A stretch of DNA of 64,000 bases, from assembly GCA_964605265.1 (NCBI GenBank), contig CAZSBO010000004.1, positions 488 through 64,487 on the forward strand, written 5' to 3'. The stretch comes from an uncultured Brevifollis sp. Lineage in GTDB: Bacteria > Verrucomicrobiota > Verrucomicrobiia > Verrucomicrobiales > Verrucomicrobiaceae. The translations under genes and the position numbers were made by a program. Below are positions 19,626-28,583 of this stretch, piece by piece (positions within the stretch are counted from its first letter, which is position 1; each line of letters opens with the position of its first letter). Under the pieces are notes generated by a model. The model saw nothing but the letters and a program-made list of their open reading frames with translations, was not told where the DNA came from and searched no databases.

Positions 19626-22394
19626 ATGATGCCGCTGCGTTTCCTTTTTCTCGTCCTCGCCCTTGCCTCCCCCAGCCTGGCCGGTCCCGTGCGTGTGCTC
19701 TACCTCGACGCCACCGGCGCCGAGCAAACCGCGCCCGGTCCGCTGCATGCCGCCATGCGCGACCTCGGCCGCGATGCCATTTGGTTCGATTACGCACGGG
19801 AACCCGTGGCGGCAGACTACGACCTGACCCTGACCCCGTCCGAGCTGTCGGACAAGCCCGACCCGTCCGACCTGAAGGCTCATCTTCTGGCCCAACTCTC
19901 GCCCGACCGCCGCGCCGCCTACGAAGCCTTCCTGGCCCAGCGCGAACCGGAGCGGCGCGAGAAGCACCCGCAGGTGGCCAACTACGAAAAGCGCCCCGAG
20001 CCGCTCACCTTCCAGCGGCCGTTCTCGCCCAAGGGCAGCCTGGAGCGCACCCAGGTGCCGGCCGATCTCGAACTGAAACTGTTCGCCGCCGAACCCGACA
20101 TCGCCAAGCCGATCGCCTTTGCTTGGGACGAACGCGGCCGCTGCTGGGTGGTCGAGACGCGCGACTACCCGCACGGTGTCAGCGACAGCGGCGAGGGTCA
20201 GGACAGCATCAAGATCTGCGAGGACACCGACGGCGACGGCCGGGCCGACAAGTTCACCGTCTTTGCGGACAAGCTGAACCTGCCCACGGGCATCGTCTTT
20301 GCCCGCAAGGGGGTCATCATCGCTGCGCCGCCGAAGTTCCTCTACCTGGAGGACCGCGACGGCGATGACGTCGCCGATGTGCGTGAAACCGTCATCGACG
20401 GCTGGGGCGTCAAGGACACCCACGCCCAGGCCAGCAACCTGCACTACGGCTTCGACAACTGGATCTACGGCTGCGTCGGCTACTCCGGCGTGCAGGCCGA
20501 GGTGGGTGGCAGGATGCACGAGTTCGCCATGGGCGTGTACCGCTTCAAGCCCGACGGCAGCGCCCTCGAATTCCTGCACCAGTTCACCAACAATGCCTGG
20601 GCGCAGAGTTTCAACCGCGCCGGCGATGTCTTTGGCGGCACCGCCAACGGCGCACCGCTGTTCTTCGGCGGCATCCCCGCCACCGCCCACCCCGCGGGCA
20701 GCCGCGGCCTGACCGCCAAGAAGATCAACGTCGTCGACACCTGTCACACGATCACCCCGAACTTCCGCCAGGTCGATGTCTTCGGCGGCTACACCGCCGC
20801 CTGCGGCAGCGCCTTCATCGACAGCCCGGCCCTGCCCAAACGCTTCCAGGGCATGGCCATGGTCTGCGAGCCGACGATGAAGGTGGTCGCCCTCATGGAC
20901 GTGCGCCCCGACGGCGCCGGCTGGAAGGCGCTCGACGCCTACAACCTCTACGCCAGCAGCGACGAATGGAACTCGCCGGTCTATGCCGAGGTCGGTCCCG
21001 ACGGCGCGGTGTGGGTGGCCGATTTTCAGAATTTCATCATCCAGCACAACCCGACCCCCAGCCTGGAACGCGGCGGCTTCGTCGCCACCACCGGCGTCGG
21101 CGGCGCCCATGAAAACGACCTGCGCGACCATCACCGCGGCCGCATCTACCGGATCGTCGCCAAAGGAGGCACGCCTGCGCCGGTCAAGCCGACGGACACG
21201 CTGTATGGTCGACTTCTGCAGCAGCAGCGCCTGCTCGCCGGCTCCGACACCTCCGACCCGTCCGAACTGCCGGACCTCCACGCCCTTTGGGTCCGACAGG
21301 CCCGCGGCACCCTCGACGCCAAAACCCACCAGGCCGCCCTCATCGCCAAGGACGCCGAGCTGCGCCGCAACGCCATCCGCGCCCTCGGCAACGACGCGTC
21401 CGCGCAGGACCTCTTTTTCGGCTCCGGCGTCATCAGCGATCCGGATCTGCAGACGCGTCTCGCCGCCTTCGTCAAGCTGGCCGACTTCCCCACCACTCCG
21501 GAGATTCAGACCCTGGTGAAAAAGCTCGCCGGCGATCCCGTGGTCAAAGGCGACGAGTGGCTGGCCGAGGCCGCCAAGCTGCTCGGCAGGAGGCACCAGG
21601 CGCTGAACTACCGCGAGGGCCCCAACCTGCTGCCCAACCCCGGCTTCGAAGAGCTGGCCGCCGACGGCAAAACCCCCGCCGGCTGGAAGCGCCGCGACTA
21701 CGGCCAAAAGCCCGGCAACGCCGGCGCCCAATGGGGCATCGTCATCGATCCGAAGATGGTGCACAGCGGCCGGCACGGCTTCCGTGTCATCACCCGCGAC
21801 GAAGGTGACACCAGTTTCTTTGCCGATGTGCCGCTGAAACCGAACACCGAGTACAAGCTCAGCGCCTGGATCAAAACCCATGCCTTCCGCGGCAAGGCCA
21901 GCCTGAACGACCACATCGGCCGCGCCGAGACCTCACCGAAACTCACCCGCAACCAGGATTGGACCGAGGTGGAGGTCGTCTTCAACAGCAGGGACCGACC
22001 GAAAGCCAGCATCAACCTGCTGCACGTCGGCAAGGGCGACACCTACTTTGACGACGTCAAGCTCTGCGAACTCATGGTCGAAGCCGAGGAAGACGCCGGC
22101 CAGCTCACGGGCGACGCCACGCGCGGTCAAAAAATCTTCTGGGATCACCCGGTTGCCGCCTGCAAAAACTGCCACCTGCTCGGCGGCCAGGGCAGTGCCG
22201 TCGGCCCGGCCCTCGACGGCATCGCCACGCGCAAGGACGCCGCCTACCTGATGGAGTCGCTGGTCAATCCCAACGCCCGCCTGGCCGAAGGCTACACCGC
22301 CACGCCGATCAGCCCAATGCCGCCGATGAACCTCATCCTGAAACCCCAGGAACTGGCCGACATCCTGGCCTTCCTGGAGTCGCTGCGCCAGTGA
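19626..22394 (+). CDS. PVC-type heme-binding membrane-bound dehydrogenase-like protein (beta-propeller, HEAT, CBM4/9-like, cytochrome c)
   Basis: LFAAEPDIAKPIAFAWDERGR, EDTDGDGRADK, NLLPNPGFEE, CKNCH with MPPM; ATG 19626 begins a signal peptide. Confidence 0.88.
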   Translation: MMPLRFLFLVLALASPSLAGPVRVLYLDATGAEQTAPGPLHAAMRDLGRDAIWFDYAREPVAADYDLTLTPSELSDKPDPSDLKAHLLAQLSPDRRAAYEAFLAQREPERREKHPQVANYEKRPEPLTFQRPFSPKGSLERTQVPADLELKLFAAEPDIAKPIAFAWDERGRCWVVETRDYPHGVSDSGEGQDSIKICEDTDGDGRADKFTVFADKLNLPTGIVFARKGVIIAAPPKFLYLEDRDGDDVADVRETVIDGWGVKDTHAQASNLHYGFDNWIYGCVGYSGVQAEVGGRMHEFAMGVYRFKPDGSALEFLHQFTNNAWAQSFNRAGDVFGGTANGAPLFFGGIPATAHPAGSRGLTAKKINVVDTCHTITPNFRQVDVFGGYTAACGSAFIDSPALPKRFQGMAMVCEPTMKVVALMDVRPDGAGWKALDAYNLYASSDEWNSPVYAEVGPDGAVWVADFQNFIIQHNPTPSLERGGFVATTGVGGAHENDLRDHHRGRIYRIVAKGGTPAPVKPTDTLYGRLLQQQRLLAGSDTSDPSELPDLHALWVRQARGTLDAKTHQAALIAKDAELRRNAIRALGNDASAQDLFFGSGVISDPDLQTRLAAFVKLADFPTTPEIQTLVKKLAGDPVVKGDEWLAEAAKLLGRRHQALNYREGPNLLPNPGFEELAADGKTPAGWKRRDYGQKPGNAGAQWGIVIDPKMVHSGRHGFRVITRDEGDTSFFADVPLKPNTEYKLSAWIKTHAFRGKASLNDHIGRAETSPKLTRNQDWTEVEVVFNSRDRPKASINLLHVGKGDTYFDDVKLCELMVEAEEDAGQLTGDATRGQKIFWDHPVAACKNCHLLGGQGSAVGPALDGIATRKDAAYLMESLVNPNARLAEGYTATPISPMPPMNLILKPQELADILAFLESLRQ

Positions 22395-22482
22395 GGCCGG
22401 CGCCGATTCCGGCGTGCGACCGATGGCAACCCCACGCACGGCGTGCGAAATCCGCGCCGTGGGTGGCGTATGACTGCCACTC

Positions 22483-24687
22483 ATGAGATTGGTCCTCCGC
22501 GCCGCCGCCCTGCTGTCCCTCGTCGCCGCCGCCGCGGCGGCGGATCAGCGGCCCCCGCCGCACTTCGTCAACGACATCGTCCCCATCCTCACCAAGGCCG
22601 ACTGCAATTCCGGCGCCTGCCACGCCAAGGCCGACGTCGGCCAGCGCGGCTTTCGCCTGTCGCTGCTCGGCTTTGAACCGCAGGAGGACTACGAGCACAT
22701 CGTCAAGGAAGCCAAGGGCCGCCGCGTCTTCCCACCGGCGCCCGAGCAGAGCCTGCTCGTGCTCAAGTCCGCCAACCTGGTGCCGCATGGGGGCGGCAAA
22801 AAACTCGACCCGGATTCCGAGGAATACCGGACGCTCGTGCGCTGGATCAGCGCCGGCATGCCTTATGGCAAGCCCGAGGACCCCGTGCTCGCCCAACTGG
22901 AAGTCGAGCCCGCCGAGGCGGTGCTGAAGCCCGGTCAGAGCCGCCAGCTCAAGGTCACCGCCAAGTTCAGCGACGGCAGCACGCGCGACGTCACGCGCAT
23001 GGCGCTCTATGAGGCCAACGACAAGGCCATGGCCGAGACCGATGAACATGGCGTGGTGCGCACCCTCGACCTGCCGGGCAACGTCGCCGTCATGGTGCGC
23101 TACTCCGGCAAGGTCGCCGTCTTCCGCGCCGCCGTCCCGCTGGGTGCGCCGGTGGATTCCCTGCCGCCGGAGAAAAACTTCATCGACCGCCATGTTTTCG
23201 CCAACCTGCAGCGCCTCGGCATCCCGCCCTCGGCGCTCTGCGACGACTCGACCTTCCTGCGCCGGGTCAACCTGGATCTCGCCGGCCGCCTGCCGACCGT
23301 CGAGGAGACGCAGGCCTTTCTCTCCAGCCGCGAGCCCGACAAGCGCGACCGCCTCATCGAAACCCTGCTGGCCAGCCCGGAGTATGCCGACTGGTTTGCC
23401 AACAAGTGGACCGCCCTGCTGAAGAACAAGCGCGATGCCGCCGCCGACATCACCGCCAACTTCGCCTTCCACGCCTGGATGCGCGACAGCCTGCTGGCCA
23501 ACACACCCTACGACCAGATCGTCCGCCAGATCCTCGCCTCCACGGGCACGGTCGTCGCCAATCCACCGGTGGCTTGGTACAAACGCGTCAAGGAACCGGT
23601 CCAGCAGCTGGAGGACGTCGCCCAGCTCTTCCTCGGCGTGCGCATGAACTGCGCCCAATGCCATCACCATCCCTTCGAGCGCTGGAGCCAGCACGACTAC
23701 TACAGCTTCGCCGCCTTCTTCAGCCAGATCGGTCGCAAGCCGACCGCTGTTGCCAACGAAGACCTCATCTTCCACAAGCGCGGCATCGCCCAGATCGAGA
23801 ACAAAAAAACGCGTGAGCCCGTGCGACCCGCCGCGCTCGGCCAGCCGGCACTCGACATCCCGCCCGACGAGGATCCGCGCCTGCGCTTGGCCGACTGGAT
23901 GAGCGAGCCGTCGAATCCCTTCTTCGCCAAGGCCCTGGTCAACCGCTACTGGAAGCACTTCTTCAAGCGCGGCCTCATTGAGCCTGAGGACGACATCCGC
24001 GAGAGCAACCCGGCCAGCAACCCCGAGCTGCTCGACGCCCTGGCCGGGCATTTCGTGCGCAGCGGCTTCGACCTCAAGGAGCTGGCGCGCACGCTCGTGC
24101 AGAGCCGCGCCTACCAGCTCAGTTCCGAGCCCAACGCGCACAACACGGCCGACACCCAGAACTTCTCGCGCTACTACCCGCGCCGCCTCACCGCCGAGGT
24201 CCTGCTCGACAGCCTCGACGGCGTCGCCGGCTCGAAGTCCGACTTCGCCGACCTGCCGCCCGGCACGCGCGCGGTGTCGCTGCCCGACAACAGCTACAAC
24301 CGCGCCTCGCCCTTCCTCAAGGTCTTCGGCCGACCCGAAGGCGCCAGCGTCTGCGAGTGCGAGCGCGTGCAGACCGCCAGCCTGGCGCAGAGCCTGCACC
24401 TCATGAACGCCGCCGACGTCAAGACCAAGCTGACCGCCGCCGGCGGTCGCGCGGAGAAACTCAGCAAGGCCGAACTGCCCGAACCGAAACGCATCCGCGA
24501 GCTCTACCTCGCCGCCTTTGCCCGTGAGCCCGATGCCGAGGAAGTGCGCCTCGCCGAGGCCCACCTGGTGAAGCCGCGCACGGACGCCGGCGGCAAGCCT
24601 CTCGACTCCCAGCAGGCGCGTCGTCAGGGTTACGAGGACCTCATCTGGGCCCTGGTCAACACCAAAGAATTCCTGTTCAACCACTGA
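22483..24687 (+). CDS. DUF1549/DUF1553 protein with Ig-like domain
   Basis: CNSGACH, FLRRVNLDLAGRLP, CAQCHHHPFERW, RRLTAEVLLD, CECER. Confidence 0.9.
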   Translation: MRLVLRAAALLSLVAAAAAADQRPPPHFVNDIVPILTKADCNSGACHAKADVGQRGFRLSLLGFEPQEDYEHIVKEAKGRRVFPPAPEQSLLVLKSANLVPHGGGKKLDPDSEEYRTLVRWISAGMPYGKPEDPVLAQLEVEPAEAVLKPGQSRQLKVTAKFSDGSTRDVTRMALYEANDKAMAETDEHGVVRTLDLPGNVAVMVRYSGKVAVFRAAVPLGAPVDSLPPEKNFIDRHVFANLQRLGIPPSALCDDSTFLRRVNLDLAGRLPTVEETQAFLSSREPDKRDRLIETLLASPEYADWFANKWTALLKNKRDAAADITANFAFHAWMRDSLLANTPYDQIVRQILASTGTVVANPPVAWYKRVKEPVQQLEDVAQLFLGVRMNCAQCHHHPFERWSQHDYYSFAAFFSQIGRKPTAVANEDLIFHKRGIAQIENKKTREPVRPAALGQPALDIPPDEDPRLRLADWMSEPSNPFFAKALVNRYWKHFFKRGLIEPEDDIRESNPASNPELLDALAGHFVRSGFDLKELARTLVQSRAYQLSSEPNAHNTADTQNFSRYYPRRLTAEVLLDSLDGVAGSKSDFADLPPGTRAVSLPDNSYNRASPFLKVFGRPEGASVCECERVQTASLAQSLHLMNAADVKTKLTAAGGRAEKLSKAELPEPKRIRELYLAAFAREPDAEEVRLAEAHLVKPRTDAGGKPLDSQQARRQGYEDLIWALVNTKEFLFNH

Positions 24688-24691
24688 GTCC

Positions 24692-25531
24692 ATGCGCGCC
24701 GCCCTGCTCTGCCTTGCCCTCGCCACTTCGCTGCCCGCCGACGAGGCCCTGACCTCCGCCCTGGTCTTCCACGCCGGCTTTGATCAGGGAGCCGACGCCG
24801 ACTTCGCCGCCGGCGACAAGCGCCTGTTCACCGCACCCGGGCGCAAGCGCACCGAACCGAAACCGGGCCTGGCCGAGGCCGATGGCATTGAGCTGGCCGC
24901 TGGTGAAGGCAAGTTTGGCGGGGCGCTCGCCTTCCGTCGCAAGTCGAAGGATCTAGTCTTCTTCAAGGGCGGACCCAACCTGGGCTACCGCGACAAAAAC
25001 TGGAGCGGCAGCGCCTCGTTCTGGCTGCGCCTCGATCCCGACCGCGACCTGGAACCCGGCTACTGCGACCCCCTGCAGTTCGTTGCCCAAGCCTGGGGTG
25101 AGGGCAACATGTTCGTCGAGTTCAGCAAGGACCACACGCCGCGCCACTTTCGCTACGCCATCATGGCGGTGACGAAGCTGTGGAATCCGAACCACGAAAA
25201 ATGGGAGGAGATGAAACACCGGCCGATGGTGGCGGTGGCCAAGCCGCCGTTCTCGCGTGAGCGCTGGACCCACGTCTGCTTCACCTTCGGCAACGCCAAC
25301 ACCGGCGCCAAGGATGGCTGGGGCCGGCTCTACCTCGACGGCGTGCCCGTCGGCGAATTCCGCGGCTGGGAAAACAGCTTCCACTGGGACGTCGAGCAGA
25401 GCGCCCTGACGCTCGGCTACAGCTACACCGGCCTGATGGATGACATCGCCGTCTTCAACCGCGCGCTCACCGATGCCGAGGTGAAAACCCTCTTCACCCT
25501 GCCGAGCGGCATCGCCGGGCTGCGCCGCTGA
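24692..25531 (+). CDS. LamG/concanavalin A-like jellyroll secreted protein
   Basis: Signal peptide, GKFGGAL, WTHVCFT, LYLDG, MDDIAVFNRALTDAEV. Confidence 0.85.
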   Translation: MRAALLCLALATSLPADEALTSALVFHAGFDQGADADFAAGDKRLFTAPGRKRTEPKPGLAEADGIELAAGEGKFGGALAFRRKSKDLVFFKGGPNLGYRDKNWSGSASFWLRLDPDRDLEPGYCDPLQFVAQAWGEGNMFVEFSKDHTPRHFRYAIMAVTKLWNPNHEKWEEMKHRPMVAVAKPPFSRERWTHVCFTFGNANTGAKDGWGRLYLDGVPVGEFRGWENSFHWDVEQSALTLGYSYTGLMDDIAVFNRALTDAEVKTLFTLPSGIAGLRR

Positions 25532-25591
25532 GCGCCGCGAATCCGCGCCGGTTTGAACGGAAGGCCCCGCTGACCGCGTAGGTTTGCGGTC

Positions 25592-27790
25592 ATGACCTCC
25601 CGTCTCCTCTGCCTCCTCCTGTTCGCCGCGCCCGCGCTCGCCCAGCAGGTCACGCTGCCGCTGCCCCGCCTGCTCACCCTCCAGCCCATGGGCGGTCAGG
25701 CCGGCACATCCGTCGAGGTGAAAGTCACCGGCGAGCACCTGGAAGACATCGAATCCCTGCGCTTTTCCAGCCCGCACCTGCAGGCCAAGCCGGTGCCCGG
25801 CAAGACGGACACGTTTCTGGTCACCCTCGCCGCCGATGCCCCCGACGGCGTGTACGACGCACGCGTGCACTGCCGCCTCGGCGTCTCCTCGGCGCGCGCC
25901 TTCAGTGTCGGCCGCCTGACCGAACTCACCCGCAGCAAGCCCAACACCAGCGTCGAAACCGCCCTCGAGTTGCCCGTCGGCTCGGTCTGCAATGCGACGA
26001 TGACCCGCCGCGCCGTTGATTTCTACCGCTTCCAAGCCGTCAAAGACCGCCGTGTCGTCATCGATTGCGCCGCGGTCGGTCTCGATTCCCGCCTCACCCC
26101 CGTGCTCGCCCTCGCCGATGCCGAGGGCCGCGACCTCAAGGTCAACCGCACCGGCGGCCCGCTCGATTTCACCCCGCCGGCCGACGGCAGCTACGTCATC
26201 AAGGTCCACGACCTCACCTACCAGGGCGGCGAACGCCACTTCTACCGGCTCGCCCTGCAGGAAGCCGCCGCCGAGGGACCGCCGCCGGTGCAGGCGCGCA
26301 CGCAGATGGTCAGCGCCATGTCCTGGCCGCCCGCGGGCCTGCCGGCCACCGCCGCGCTGAGCGAGATCGAACCCAACAATCAAGCCAGCGAAGCCCAGAA
26401 AATCACTCTGCCCTGCGACCTCGCCGGCCGCTTTTTCCCGGCCGCCGATGTCGACACCTACGAGTTCACCGCCAAGAAGGGTGAGGTCTGGTGGGTCGAG
26501 GTCGCCTCCGAACGCCTCGGCCTCAACACCGATCCGTTCGTGCTCGTCCAGCGCGTCGAAAAAACCGCCGACGGCGAAAAGCTGACTGACCTCGCCGAGC
26601 TGTACGACATCGCCCCGCCGATGAAGGTGTCGAGCAACGGCTACTCCTACGACGGCCCGCCCTACAACGCCGGCTCGCCGGATGTGAACGGCAAGTTCGA
26701 GGTCAAGGAAGACGGCACCTACCGCCTGCAGGTGCGCGATCTCTTTGGCGGCACGCGCAACGAGCCCGGCAACGTCTACCGCCTGATCGTCCGCCGCGCC
26801 GCGCCCGACTTCTCGCTCGCCGCCTGGGCCGTGCACATGACCCTGCGCAATGGCGACCGCGCCGCGCTGTCGAAACCGGCCGCCCTGCGCCGTGGCGACG
26901 CCCGGCTGTTCGAGGTGGTCGTGCAGCGCCGCGACGGCTTCGACGGACCCATTGAAATCGAGGCGGAAAATCTGCCGGCCGGCGTGCAGGCCACCGGTCT
27001 GCGCATCGGCAAGGGCAAGTCGGTCGGCCACCTCGTGCTCACCGCCGCAGCCGACGCCCCGCGCGGTTTCACGGTCGCCCAGCTGCGCGGCCGTGCGCTG
27101 ATCGACGGCGCCGAGGTCGTCCGCCCCTGCCGCGTCGCCAGCATGGAATGGCCGGTCAAGGATGCCAAACAGGAGATCCCCGCGCCGCGTCTGCTCGCCG
27201 ACTTCCCGGTCTCGGTCACCGATTCCGAGCAGGCACCGCTGTCGGTGACACTGGCGGAGGACAAGGTGTTCGAGGCCGAGGCCGGTGCGACCCTGAAAAT
27301 CCCGCTGCGCCTGACCTGGCGCAACGACTTCACCGGCGCGACGATCAAACTCAAGGGCCAGGGCGACGGCTTCACGACGCTCAAGGAACTGGAAATCCCG
27401 ATCAAAGCGGAGGGCGCCGAGCTGGTGCTGGATCTCGCCGCCCTGAAGACCCCGCCGGGCGAACACACGCTGGCCCTCTACGGCAGCGCCGTCAGCAAGT
27501 ACCGCTACAATCCCGCCGCCCTGCCGCTCGCCGAGGCCGAGCAGAAAAAGGCCGAGGAACGCCTGGCCGCGGCCGCCGCGGCGGCACAACAACTCGCCGC
27601 CACCGATGCCGCCGCCGCCAAGACCGCGGCGGAAAAGCAGAAGCAGGCCGAGGCCGCCATGGCCGCCGCCACCAGTCGCATGAAGGCCCTTTCCAGCGCC
27701 GCCGAACCCAAGGACACGGTCGACATCCTCGTCTCCCAGCCGATCCGTCTGCGTGTCCGCGCCGCCACGCCGGCGACGGCGGCGAAGTGA
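25592..27790 (+). CDS. PPC-domain/Ig-like repeat secreted protein typical of DUF1549/1553 clusters
   Basis: PMGGQAGTSVEVKVTG, EIEPNN, DVDTYEF, DGTYRLQVRD. Confidence 0.8.
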   Translation: MTSRLLCLLLFAAPALAQQVTLPLPRLLTLQPMGGQAGTSVEVKVTGEHLEDIESLRFSSPHLQAKPVPGKTDTFLVTLAADAPDGVYDARVHCRLGVSSARAFSVGRLTELTRSKPNTSVETALELPVGSVCNATMTRRAVDFYRFQAVKDRRVVIDCAAVGLDSRLTPVLALADAEGRDLKVNRTGGPLDFTPPADGSYVIKVHDLTYQGGERHFYRLALQEAAAEGPPPVQARTQMVSAMSWPPAGLPATAALSEIEPNNQASEAQKITLPCDLAGRFFPAADVDTYEFTAKKGEVWWVEVASERLGLNTDPFVLVQRVEKTADGEKLTDLAELYDIAPPMKVSSNGYSYDGPPYNAGSPDVNGKFEVKEDGTYRLQVRDLFGGTRNEPGNVYRLIVRRAAPDFSLAAWAVHMTLRNGDRAALSKPAALRRGDARLFEVVVQRRDGFDGPIEIEAENLPAGVQATGLRIGKGKSVGHLVLTAAADAPRGFTVAQLRGRALIDGAEVVRPCRVASMEWPVKDAKQEIPAPRLLADFPVSVTDSEQAPLSVTLAEDKVFEAEAGATLKIPLRLTWRNDFTGATIKLKGQGDGFTTLKELEIPIKAEGAELVLDLAALKTPPGEHTLALYGSAVSKYRYNPAALPLAEAEQKKAEERLAAAAAAAQQLAATDAAAAKTAAEKQKQAEAAMAAATSRMKALSSAAEPKDTVDILVSQPIRLRVRAATPATAAK

Positions 27791-27867
27791 GCCATTTTCC
27801 GGCTTGCGCAAGCCGGCAAAGACGCCCATGACCTTGGCCCGCGCCGGTGCCGGTGCGGCCAACCGCC

Positions 27868-28545
27868 ATGTCCCGCCCCAACCTGCGTCAGTGGCTCGGC
27901 TTTGAAGTCATCGAAGTCAGCCTGAAGGAACGCCTCGTCGCCGCCCTCGGCGGTGGCGTTGCCATTTACCTGCTCTGGCAGCTCTGCACCGCCTGCCTGC
28001 ACGGTCCGCAGGCCATCGCCCTGGTCGCCTCCATGGGCGCCAGCACCGTGCTGCTCTTCGCCGTGCCGCACGGCCCGCTCTCCCAGCCCTGGCCGGTGCT
28101 CGCCGGCCACACGCTGCCGGCCTTCATCGGCGTCGCCTGCGACCGGCATCTGGCCGATCCTGCCCTGGCTGCCAGCGCCGCGATTGCCCTCACCATTCTG
28201 GTCATGCATCTGGGTCGCTGCATCCATCCCCCCGGCGGCGGCACCGCCCTCATCGCCGTTCTCGGCGGCGACAGCGTGCAGGAACTCGGCTACCGCTTTG
28301 CCCTCACCCCGGTGCTCGCCAACGCCGCCATGCTGGTCGGCCTGGCGATGGCGATCAACTTCGCCTTTCCCTGGCGGCGCTACCCGGCCATCCTCAGCCG
28401 GCCGGCCGTGCGCGCCGCCCCGCGCGCCTTTGATCCGCCGAGCCATGAGGCCGTGCTGGCCGCGGTGCGCGACCTCGATTCCTTCGTCGACATCAGCGAG
28501 GAGGACCTGATCCGCCTCGCCAAGCGCCTGGCGCCGAAAGCCTGA
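27868..28545 (+). CDS. HPP family membrane protein
   Basis: ASMGASTVLLFAVPHGPLSQPW, CIHPPGG. Confidence 0.9.
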   Translation: MSRPNLRQWLGFEVIEVSLKERLVAALGGGVAIYLLWQLCTACLHGPQAIALVASMGASTVLLFAVPHGPLSQPWPVLAGHTLPAFIGVACDRHLADPALAASAAIALTILVMHLGRCIHPPGGGTALIAVLGGDSVQELGYRFALTPVLANAAMLVGLAMAINFAFPWRRYPAILSRPAVRAAPRAFDPPSHEAVLAAVRDLDSFVDISEEDLIRLAKRLAPKA

Positions 28546-28583
28546 AGAGCGGGGCCTCGCCGGCACGTAGTTGTCGCCTGCCC